Of a stretch of DNA of 30,901 nucleotides, positions 1-7,533 are shown piece by piece. Both the position numbers and the translations under genes were made by a program. The stretch covers positions 1 through 30,901 of the IMG/VR virus record IMGVR_UViG_3300025012_000233; one strand, 5' to 3'. The stretch comes from a virus. Taxonomy: Duplodnaviria; Caudoviricetes. The stretch's first letter is position 1, and every line of letters starts with the position of its first letter. The notes under the pieces were generated by a model. It had not been told where the DNA came from and searched no databases. It saw only the letters and a program-made list of their open reading frames with translations.

Positions 1-236
1 TTGAGGATTTCGAGGAAGATTTCTTTTTCTTCTATGGTTTTCCTGGTGGTGATGTTTTCGAGAGACATGGAAGAAAAAGCACCCTGGCCGGATTTGGCTT
101 CAGTTTTAGCCTGGGCGAGGGCTCGGTAGAATAGCATACGGTTGGATTTGTACTCCCGCTCGGAAGAGCAAGGGATACGGTAGATATCGCCTGGGGTTAT
201 GGAAAGGATCAGGCGGAGGTAGTTTGTACGGTTCAT
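1..236 (-). CDS. hypothetical phage protein, 3'-truncated by window edge (MNRTNYLRLILSITPGDIYRIPC...)
   Basis: Read manually: ATG at 236 preceded by AAGGA; frame stays open to base 1; not in the ORF track. Confidence 0.7.
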   Translation of the reverse strand, partial: MNRTNYLRLILSITPGDIYRIPCSSEREYKSNRMLFYRALAQAKTEAKSGQGAFSSMSLENITTRKTIEEKEIFLEIL

Positions 237-271
237 GAGGTTTTTCCTTGGTATTGATTTAAAGAGTGGTT

Positions 272-472
272 CTATTCTTCACAGATTTCCCATTCATGCC
301 CTGGGTCAGGAACGAACACGGCGCAGGACATAGTTTCATTCTCTTCCTTTGTTGTGACAATCCAGCCGTTGAATACGCGGAGGCGGTAGGTGTAAGGTGC
401 GACTTTCTCCCAGGTTGGATTCTTGCATTTATCAACTTGATCATCTTCATGTTTATACAGGTTCTCATTCAT
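272..472 (-). CDS. small hypothetical phage protein (MNENLYK...FVPDPGHEWEICEE)
   Basis: ORF 272..517; the ATG at 472 has a GGAGG RBS and overlaps the upstream gene's stop. Confidence 0.75.
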   Translation of the reverse strand: MNENLYKHEDDQVDKCKNPTWEKVAPYTYRLRVFNGWIVTTKEENETMSCAVFVPDPGHEWEICEE

Positions 473-611
473 ACGTTTCCTCCAAAAATGTGGGTGGTTG
501 GTCCAGGAGTCTATCACTTGCGAAGACTCCGACTATATCGCTTTCAGTTGGGAGAGCGAGGGTAAGGGCAAGGGCGAAGATTTCGTCCCAGCGGTAGAAT
601 GTCCAGTGCAT
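465..611 (-). CDS. 48-aa hypothetical protein (MHWTFYRWDEIFALAL...)
   Basis: Manual translation; AAGGAG RBS; fills the gap between neighbouring genes. Confidence 0.55.
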   Translation of the reverse strand: MHWTFYRWDEIFALALTLALPTESDIVGVFASDRLLDQPPTFLEETYE

Positions 612-624
612 TTAGGTTGGCTCC

Positions 625-930
625 TTAATAATTTCTGCTACCTTTACAAGTTGGAAAATTACAACAGCCGTAGAATTTCCCGTATTTTCCCTCGGTAAGA
701 ATTGTATCCTTTCCACAAAGAGGACAGGGACCCTCACCGTGGGGTTTAATCGTTTGTGAATATCTTCTTGTTGGGTCAGGCATTCTTGTATCAGTATTCT
801 CGTACCCAAGCTCATCAATGATGCCTTTTTCATAACCCTCATGCAAATTTCTGCCATTATCTACCCAAGATTGATACTCTTCCCAGTCATTCATTGCATT
901 ATCTAATGCATAGTCTGCCATATCACCCAT
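625..930 (-). CDS. protein with C-terminal topoisomerase-type C4 zinc finger
   Basis: CPLCG...GKYGKFYGCCNFPTCK matches the zf-C4_Topoisom pattern; MGDMADY N-terminus typical of small phage proteins; GGAG RBS. Confidence 0.85.
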   Translation of the reverse strand: MGDMADYALDNAMNDWEEYQSWVDNGRNLHEGYEKGIIDELGYENTDTRMPDPTRRYSQTIKPHGEGPCPLCGKDTILTEGKYGKFYGCCNFPTCKGSRNY

Positions 931-980
931 GACTGCTCCATTTGTATTAAGGTTATTGTAGTAATCCTAGCCTCTTTCTT

Positions 981-1007
981 GGAGGAACTGTGGAAGGTAG
1001 TTCCTCC
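981..1007. repeat. intergenic hairpin GGAGGAACT-N9-AGTTCCTCC
   Basis: Perfect 9-bp inverted repeat just downstream of the 1018..1347 gene; no U-tail on the minus strand. Confidence 0.6.
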
Positions 1008-1017
1008 GGGAAAGGTG

Positions 1018-1347
1018 TTAGAAAAATGCGCAGCCGTAAAAGTGGGAAAGTATACTTTCACTTTGCTTGTACTCTCCTGTTTCTTTTATATAGGTTAAAA
1101 TATTATCCGCACATTGGAGCGTACATTTTTTGAATCTAACTCCAATAACACAGAATGTTCCATCCGCTTCGAGAACAGAAGAACCTGGCCCTGGCTTCCA
1201 TCCTTCTTTTGTCTCCGTATCCAGTGTCATACAAGTCAGCCCAATTTCCGGGTCAAATGCCTTGATATATGCCGGGATGGAGTCTCCATCCTCGAAGATG
1301 TATGTGAATTCTGTCCCGATCATGAGTTTCATTTCTTCTGGTGTCAT
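1018..1347 (-). CDS. hypothetical protein
   Basis: 109-aa ORF with AAGGA RBS, in the leftward gene cluster. Confidence 0.75.
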   Translation of the reverse strand: MTPEEMKLMIGTEFTYIFEDGDSIPAYIKAFDPEIGLTCMTLDTETKEGWKPGPGSSVLEADGTFCVIGVRFKKCTLQCADNILTYIKETGEYKQSESILSHFYGCAFF

Positions 1348-1384
1348 TTTGTAGTCCTTTAAGATTGTAGGGTGGAGTTAGATT

Positions 1385-1399
1385 CGTGAAATTTTCACG
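1385..1399. promoter_or_regulatory. palindromic site CGTGAAATTTTCACG (copy 1 of 4)
   Basis: 7-1-7 palindrome, intergenic, repeated at 4215, 12173 and 27071. Confidence 0.7.
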
Positions 1400-1485
1400 G
1401 TTGAAACTGCTTGTGTTTAAGGTTTATATTTACGTGTATGGTTAGGGAGATTCTAACGCCTATTGTGTGCTGGAATCGGGCGGGA

Positions 1486-1731
1486 CTAGATACTTTTCGG
1501 GTCAATCCCTTTATCCAGCGCAAGCCTTAACTTCGCTATTCTCATAGAATCCCAGTTTTTAACTATCTTCCGCAGAGAATTACAGGCCTTTGTCAATTCC
1601 TTCATCTCTTCCATTGTCAGAATCATCGGATTATCAAGTGTAAAAGATTTGTCCAAATTCATTGCTCCACTTATCCGTAGCTTTGCCCAGTTTCTTTTCT
1701 GGGACATTATTTTCCAGTTATACTTTACCAT
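1486..1731 (-). CDS. basic hypothetical protein
   Basis: 81-aa ORF with AAGGAG RBS. Confidence 0.75.
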   Translation of the reverse strand: MVKYNWKIMSQKRNWAKLRISGAMNLDKSFTLDNPMILTMEEMKELTKACNSLRKIVKNWDSMRIAKLRLALDKGIDPKSI

Positions 1732-1984
1732 TCTAGCTCCTTCATAGTTAAGATTGTTCCAAGCACCGGACCGTTCGTCCCAAATGCTCTGCTATTACCG
1801 ATTTAAACAAGGTAAGGGCCAAGGTTTCCCTATGCTCTGCTATTGTAGGTTCCAGTTAATTTTGCCGCGATGGTCCGTACAATGTATTAATCCATCCGGG
1901 TATGTATTGGTATTACCCAACGTGTTATCGTCCCGTGGTGGGCATCGTCGTGACGATTTAACCCATTGTCATTATTCCATCCAT

Positions 1985-2021
1985 TCCACATCCATGGAAT
2001 ATTAATCCACATCCATGGAAT
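1985..2021 (+). repeat. 16-bp direct repeat TCCACATCCATGGAAT x2, 21-bp period
   Basis: Copies at 1985-2000 and 2006-2021. Confidence 0.75.
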
Positions 2022-2069
2022 CCCGTAATCCATCCGTATTACCATAGTACTATGCAGGATGCAATAGAA

Positions 2070-2492
<423 letters not shown>

Positions 2493-2498
2493 ACCTCT

Positions 2499-2597
2499 TC
2501 ACTGCAAAGGGATATTCCCGGCGAGTTCGATTATGCCAGTTAGGAAGTATAAGCTAGGAATGACAATCAGGAGGATTAAGGCAGTAGTGTAGTTCAT
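2499..2597 (-). CDS. 32-aa hydrophobic peptide (MNYTTALILLIVIPSLYFLTGIIELAGNIPLQ)
   Basis: Manual translation; GGAG RBS; one transmembrane-like stretch. Confidence 0.5.
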   Translation of the reverse strand: MNYTTALILLIVIPSLYFLTGIIELAGNIPLQ

Positions 2598-2631
2598 ACG
2601 GATCTCCAAAAGGATCTAAAGATATTATGGG

Positions 2632-2677
2632 AAAAGGTTACTGTAAAGGAAGAATACCTCGGTCACAGTAACCTTTT
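2632..2677. terminator. probable intrinsic terminator, possibly bidirectional
   Basis: AAAAGGTTACTGT-N20-ACAGTAACCTTTT, downstream of the 2699 gene, T-runs on both strands. Confidence 0.55.
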
Positions 2678-2698
2678 TGTATATTTTTACTTATTTAA

Positions 2699-2983
2699 TC
2701 ATCTCATTAGCATTTCCATCTCTTCCTGAAGTTTCGCAAGATTTTGCTTTGCGACCTGAATTTCCCTTTCCTTCTGCATTATCCTTTCTGCACGTGGGTG
2801 CATATCCAGAATAAGAATCAGTCCAAATCGGCAGAATAATTCTGCTATTGTGTCCTTATCTTTTACCTTTGGATGATATGTATATACTGTTTCAATTATT
2901 TCATACGTGGCATTGTCTAAGTTATCTGAAATATCATCCCCAGAAAATTCTTTGACCTTTTCTATAAATTCATGTATTTGCAT
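2699..2983 (-). CDS. hypothetical protein with C-terminal coiled coil
   Basis: ORF 2699..2995; the ATG at 2983 has a GGAGG RBS. Confidence 0.75.
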   Translation of the reverse strand: MQIHEFIEKVKEFSGDDISDNLDNATYEIIETVYTYHPKVKDKDTIAELFCRFGLILILDMHPRAERIMQKEREIQVAKQNLAKLQEEMEMLMR

Positions 2984-2997
2984 AATATCCTCCATAA

Positions 2998-3020
2998 TGA
3001 CCGGGATGGAATCCCGGTCA
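2998..3020. repeat. perfect 10-bp-stem hairpin TGACCGGGAT-GGA-ATCCCGGTCA
   Basis: Intergenic, between the 3038 stop and the RBS of the next gene. Confidence 0.7.
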
Positions 3021-3037
3021 GGGTTTATATTCTAAAA

Positions 3038-3442
3038 CTATTTAATAATCCCCAGGACTTTGGCCAGATTCATCGCCGCGACCTTTTCAGCTCCTTCCGG
3101 CATGGCTTCCAGCTTCTTCCTCGCTTCCGCCAAGGGGTCAATCTTCGCATTCGCCCTGGGTCTAGATACTCCTGTCCGAATTTCCTCCCATTTCTCCTCC
3201 ATAACCTTCGCCTGGTCCGGATATGCCACTCCATTCTTCGTCATTCCCGCAACTGTATCGGCAAGCTTTTGTTTCAATCCATGCCGGAAGATTTCAAAAA
3301 TCGGCTTCGCCATAGCCGAATCTTTCCACCCGACCATATCTGTAAATTCAAACGTAATCTTCGTCTCATCCGGGAAAGATACAACCATGTTATTATCGTT
3401 CAATGTCCAACCGAGTCGATTACTTTTCTTTTCCTCTGCCAT
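3038..3442 (-). CDS. phage hypothetical protein (HGLKQKLAD motif)
   Basis: 134 aa, GGAGG RBS, first gene after a consensus promoter; motif recalled from phage early proteins. Confidence 0.8.
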   Translation of the reverse strand: MAEEKKSNRLGWTLNDNNMVVSFPDETKITFEFTDMVGWKDSAMAKPIFEIFRHGLKQKLADTVAGMTKNGVAYPDQAKVMEEKWEEIRTGVSRPRANAKIDPLAEARKKLEAMPEGAEKVAAMNLAKVLGIIK

Positions 3443-3523
3443 TTCAAACCTCCAATATAGATGGATTCAACCGGGACAATTCCCGCAATATGGGTACCAT
3501 TCCCATACTTGGACCATGCAACC

Positions 3524-3552
3524 TTTATATCTCCATGGTCCGGGTATGTCAA
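3524..3552 (-). promoter_or_regulatory. sigma70-type promoter TTGACA-N17-TATAAA
   Basis: Near-consensus boxes with 17-nt spacer, facing the leftward genes. Confidence 0.8.
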
Positions 3553-3555
3553 GGG

Positions 3556-3726
3556 TTATTCATTATCACCGTCTTCAAAGTCCACAACTTCTACCAACTC
3601 CCCACATACATTACATTCAAAAACACATTCATTCATTCCGCCCAATGGTTCAAAACCTTGACCATCGATATTATTTCCGCATTTGCAGACATATGTATCA
3701 ACTTCTTTCATCGTTATTCTTTTCAT
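3556..3726 (-). CDS. 56-aa zinc-ribbon-like protein (CKC...CNVC)
   Basis: Within ORF 3556..3795; the ATG at 3726 has an AAGGTGG RBS. Confidence 0.65.
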   Translation of the reverse strand: MKRITMKEVDTYVCKCGNNIDGQGFEPLGGMNECVFECNVCGELVEVVDFEDGDNE

Positions 3727-3783
3727 TGTTTCCACCTTAAAATTTATTATTGGTTTATTCCCACATCCGTTATTCATGATTAC

Positions 3784-3811
3784 AATGTACCACATCCCCG
3801 CAAAATGTCAA
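3784..3811 (-). promoter_or_regulatory. sigma70-type promoter TTGACA-N16-TACATT with extended -10 TG
   Basis: Perfect -35 and TGnTACATT, upstream of the first leftward gene. Confidence 0.6.
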
Positions 3812-4004
3812 GGTGCAAACTGCGCTTCATTTCCCTTCACAGATCCCACCATCCGCATGAATCTCCAGACCCCCCCCCACCGAGCCCCAGGCCACCCGTC
3901 CTTGACGGAATAGACAGGTGCTTCACGATTCACAACTTGACTTTAGAGGTCCTACTGGGAAGGATAGTTGGAGGAGTAGGATCATGCACCCGCCGCTAGG
4001 TACT

Positions 4005-4175
4005 TGTTAGCATGGGCATTATGCCTTCACTACGGCCCTGCGTTAGTGGTACTGGAAATAGCGCGGGCCTTCGCCACGGGCACTGTCCTTCGCGTGATTA
4101 CCGCTGTTAGCACGGGCATTATGCCTGCCGCGCAACGCTGCCCTATATCCAAATAATAGCAGTAGCATTATGCCT
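4005..4175 (+). repeat. direct repeat TGTTAGCAyGGGCATTATGCCT x2 (100-bp period) plus partial third copy
   Basis: Copies at 4005-4026, 4105-4126 and GCATTATGCCT at 4165-4175; core GGCATTATGCC is palindromic. Confidence 0.75.
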
Positions 4176-4214
4176 ACCCTGTGGGGCTGCCCTCCGCAAA
4201 GAGTCAGAAAGAAT

Positions 4215-4229
4215 CGTGAAAATTTCACG
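4215..4229. promoter_or_regulatory. palindromic site CGTGAAAATTTCACG (copy 2 of 4)
   Basis: In the divergent switch region upstream of the late operon. Confidence 0.7.
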
Positions 4230-4368
4230 AATGAAACTCCCTCAAATGTCTGCTGGAGCTGTGTAAATAATCCTTGTGTTCTGTGTAGGATCTTCCCACC
4301 CGCCCACCCTACTCCAAATTCGGGGAGGGCACTCTTTCCAGTATCTTACGTGCTGTGCAGTTTTATTA

Positions 4369-4397
4369 TTGTCAGGTTGGAGAATATATGTTAGCCT
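4369..4397 (+). promoter_or_regulatory. possible rightward promoter TTGTCA-N17-TAGCCT (extended -10)
   Basis: Weak consensus ~40 nt upstream of the first rightward gene. Confidence 0.3.
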
Positions 4398-4438
4398 GAG
4401 TTTGTGATGATAAAGAACCTCTTAACTAAGGATAGAAC

Positions 4439-4933
4439 ATGTTCGAAAGTAAATTTAAAACAGCTCGACATATAGAAACAGTTCGAAATTTCCTTAATAG
4501 TGTAATTCGTGAATTACTGCGTCGAGGAGAATGTCACGATCAAAGTAAACTACAAGTTCCAGAGGTAGAAGTATTTGCAGAGTACACTGCAAAACTACGA
4601 AACTGTACATATGGATCTGAGGAGTATAAAGGATTCCTTCAAGGGATGCAAGTTGCACTCGATCATCATTATGCAAATAATTCACATCATCCAGAATATT
4701 TCACTGGTCCATGTATCCAGTCACCACTTGAGCGGATGACTCTTGTTGACTTGTTCGAGATGCTTTGTGACTGGAAAGCCGCTTCTCTTCGACATGTGGA
4801 TGGCGACATTTTTAAAAGTATTGAGATCAATCAACAGCGATTTGGTTACTCAGACGAAGTTCGTATGATTCTTATGAATACTGCACAGTGGTTAAATACT
4901 CAACAAGTAGAACATTTTGCGGACGAGTCATGA
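4439..4933 (+). CDS. DUF5662-family HD-like protein
   Basis: HDQSKL, YGSEEYK, HHYANNSHHPE and EMLCDWKAAS motifs; AAGGA RBS. Confidence 0.85.
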   Translation: MFESKFKTARHIETVRNFLNSVIRELLRRGECHDQSKLQVPEVEVFAEYTAKLRNCTYGSEEYKGFLQGMQVALDHHYANNSHHPEYFTGPCIQSPLERMTLVDLFEMLCDWKAASLRHVDGDIFKSIEINQQRFGYSDEVRMILMNTAQWLNTQQVEHFADES

Positions 4934-5274
4934 ACATAGAACCTTTCGCTCCCTTCGAAACCCAAGTCTGTAACATCGGTAAACATCAGTGGTCTGTCGC
5001 GAGGCTCGTAACCTTATCCCGCAACTTACCAGTATTCGATGCGCCGCTTAACTGTCTAAATATCTACACCAAATACGAGATAACTCTTCGTGAGCTTGTT
5101 GCGCACATCCAAGCAGTTAACAAAGCCGATCTCCGTTACCCTATCATCCTTGACGAGGATGGAGAGATAATGGACGGTAGGCATAGAATAATGAAAGCAA
5201 TTTTAAAAGGTCAGGACACAATTAAAGCTGTACGTTTCGACAAAAACCCTGATCCCTGTAGAATAAACGAGTAA
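4930..5274 (+). CDS. ParB/sulfiredoxin-like N-terminal domain protein
   Basis: DLRYPIILDEDGEIMDGRHRIMKA motif; ATGA overlap with the upstream stop. Confidence 0.8.
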   Translation: MNIEPFAPFETQVCNIGKHQWSVARLVTLSRNLPVFDAPLNCLNIYTKYEITLRELVAHIQAVNKADLRYPIILDEDGEIMDGRHRIMKAILKGQDTIKAVRFDKNPDPCRINE

Positions 5275-5278
5275 CACC

Positions 5279-5713
5279 ATGTCCATCGACCTCGACAAAG
5301 CTGAACTCCTTGCCCTGCTTGAACGCGGCTTTTCTCCTCCGGAAATCGCTAAGACCATGGGTACGACTCCGCCCACTATTCGTCAGCGTATCGCCGCTCT
5401 TCAGCAGGAGCAAGGAGTTCTTTTACAGTACAGACAGCTTCAGAACCTTCGCCTTACAGAACTCCAACACGCGATTCTCGAAGCCATAACCCCGGAGAAA
5501 ATCGCCGAGGCCCCACTGAATGTCCTTGTCCAGGCCTTCAAGATCCTGAAGGACAAGGAACTCGTAATGACCGGGAATCCGACAGAAATCAAAGGCCTCG
5601 TCGGGTACCTTGTTGAGCTTGAGAAACAGGAAATTGCTATCACTCTGAACTCCAACCCTGAACCTGTCATTGAACAGGAAAAGGAAGAAACATACATCCC
5701 GAGGTTACAGTAA
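5279..5713 (+). CDS. terS: HTH protein, probable terminase small subunit
   Basis: N-terminal HTH (GFSPPEIAKTMGTTPPTIRQRI) then helical region; lies upstream of TerL. Confidence 0.65.
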   Translation: MSIDLDKAELLALLERGFSPPEIAKTMGTTPPTIRQRIAALQQEQGVLLQYRQLQNLRLTELQHAILEAITPEKIAEAPLNVLVQAFKILKDKELVMTGNPTEIKGLVGYLVELEKQEIAITLNSNPEPVIEQEKEETYIPRLQ

Positions 5714-5716
5714 CCC

Positions 5717-5890
5717 ATGGCAAACATAATGACACCACCGCAAAATGCTGTGAAGAAAAAGAAGAAACTTGGTATGGAGGGAACGATTCAGGAGTCTGAT
5801 CCGAGTTTCAAAATGCCGAAACTTAGGACACTTGATGAGATCTATACCACGTACTCTAAATATGAACGTGCGAAGAAAGGAAGGAAGTAA
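5717..5890 (+). CDS. 57-aa Lys-rich protein (MANIMTPPQNAVKKKKKL...)
   Basis: Manual translation; fills the gap; stop overlaps the next start (TAATG). Confidence 0.6.
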   Translation: MANIMTPPQNAVKKKKKLGMEGTIQESDPSFKMPKLRTLDEIYTTYSKYERAKKGRK

Positions 5891-6051
5891 TGACTAACTT
5901 AATGTCTATCCCGGCTTCTCTCCTGAAGAAGAAACAGAAAGAGGCTGAGGACAAGGAACTTGTAAAGAAGAATCCAGTCAATGCCTCCCTTCTCGCCGGG
6001 ACTCTTCTTAACAGAAAGAAGAAACAAGAAGCTATCCTTGGAGATATGTAA
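5890..6051 (+). CDS. 53-aa Lys-rich protein (MTNLMSIPASLLKKKQKE...)
   Basis: Manual translation; stop abuts the TTG start of terL. Confidence 0.6.
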   Translation: MTNLMSIPASLLKKKQKEAEDKELVKKNPVNASLLAGTLLNRKKKQEAILGDM

Positions 6052-7533
6052 TTGTCCCTCTCCCCGGCCGTTTCTAAACTCCGAGAGTGGAAACATTCCC
6101 CTCTTATATTCGCAACTGAGTGTCTCAAGGTCCGTCCTTCTGAGCAGCAGGTGGAACTCCTCCAAGCTCTCGGGGACACCTCCATAAAGCGAATCACGAT
6201 TAGATCCGGACACGGGACTGGTAAAGACGCTTCTGCTTCCTGGGCCATCCTCTGGTTTCTTACTGTCCACCGTAATGCAAAGGTTGTATGTACCGCCCCG
6301 ACTGCGAGGCAGTTATCCGACATTCTATGGAGCGAACTTTCCAAATGGACTCGGCAAAGTGAACTCCTCATCGAAGAATTTACAGCCCAGAAGGATAAAA
6401 TATTCCATGTCTCCAATCCAAAAGAGTGGTGGTGCCGCGCCGTTTCTGCCTCCGTCAAGGCTACCAAAGAAGACCAGGCAGAGACTCTTGCTGGTTTCCA
6501 TGGGGATAATCTTCTTTTTGTTGTTGACGAGGCTTCAGGTGTACCTGATCCAGTCTATATTCCCCTGGAAGGCGCACTAACCCAGGAGAACAACCGAATC
6601 CTCCTAATCGGGAACATGACAAAGGCCAGTGGGTACTTCTACGATTCCCACTTCCACCCATCCATATCCAAGGCTTGGAAGAAACTCCACTGGCGGTCCG
6701 ACAAATCCAGTAACGTCAAACCCGACTACCCGAAATACATGGAGGAGAAGTATGGAAAAGAATCCAACGTCTACCGAATCCGTGTCCTTGGAGAACCTCC
6801 TCTTGTTGATGAGAGTACATACATCCCACTTGCGTGGGCTCAGCAGTGTATTGGCAACGACATTGGAGAGAATGAGTTTGACCCACTCTATCTTGGAGTC
6901 GATGTTGCAAGATTCGGAGATGATTCTTCAATTGTTCTCCCAAGGAAAGGTAACAACATCCGAGTCTGGGATGAATACCAAGGAATGGATACAGTCAATG
7001 TCGCAGGATTCGTAGCGAATGCGTATCTTGATCTTGAAGCGGAAGGTGTTGCTATAGACGAGGTAGGAATCGGGGGCGGAGTCTACGACATACTCACCCG
7101 ACGCAATCTCCCCGGCCTAGTTGGAGTAACCGTATCCGCCGCAGCCAATGACAAGGCTCAGTTCCACCGACTCCGCGATGAAATCTGGGGAATGATGCGA
7201 GACAAATGTATGCGTGCAGCCTACTCCTTCCCCGACCTCCTAGTCCCAGGGGAGCAAGAATCCTATGGTCAGCGACTTGCCAACGAACTCTCTTCTGTTA
7301 TGTATTCTTTTGATGCTAACGGAGCTATTGTTATAGAATCTAAACTCCAAATGCGAACTCGCGGGGTCAAGTCCCCGAACATAGCAGATGCTCTCGGTGT
7401 ATCCGAGGCGCTCTACTCCACCTCCTATCGCCTTTGGGGGAGTAAGAGAGCAAAGGATAGGATGAAAAGAAAGAAAGAACAGTTCTACCCTGGTGGTCCC
7501 ACTAAAAACTCCCAAATCTGGATGGCACAGTAA
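6052..7533 (+). CDS. terL: terminase large subunit
   Basis: Walker A RSGHGTGKD, Walker B FVVDEASG, coupling motif IGN, nuclease LGVDVARFGDD and SPNIADAL. Confidence 0.97.
   Translation: MSLSPAVSKLREWKHSPLIFATECLKVRPSEQQVELLQALGDTSIKRITIRSGHGTGKDASASWAILWFLTVHRNAKVVCTAPTARQLSDILWSELSKWTRQSELLIEEFTAQKDKIFHVSNPKEWWCRAVSASVKATKEDQAETLAGFHGDNLLFVVDEASGVPDPVYIPLEGALTQENNRILLIGNMTKASGYFYDSHFHPSISKAWKKLHWRSDKSSNVKPDYPKYMEEKYGKESNVYRIRVLGEPPLVDESTYIPLAWAQQCIGNDIGENEFDPLYLGVDVARFGDDSSIVLPRKGNNIRVWDEYQGMDTVNVAGFVANAYLDLEAEGVAIDEVGIGGGVYDILTRRNLPGLVGVTVSAAANDKAQFHRLRDEIWGMMRDKCMRAAYSFPDLLVPGEQESYGQRLANELSSVMYSFDANGAIVIESKLQMRTRGVKSPNIADALGVSEALYSTSYRLWGSKRAKDRMKRKKEQFYPGGPTKNSQIWMAQ

Noticed and set aside
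1385-1399. Calling the palindrome a Rex operator
   Set aside because: The spacer is 3 nt rather than 4 and the outer bases differ; only a resemblance is noted.
2972-3999. Plus-strand ORFs of 162-226 aa over the early genes, and the many minus-strand ORFs under the late operon
   Set aside because: Antisense shadows of genes that have RBSs, promoters and recognisable motifs on the other strand.
4005-4175. CRISPR mini-array
   Set aside because: Only two full 22-bp copies, a 78-bp spacer, an irregular third copy and no cas genes.
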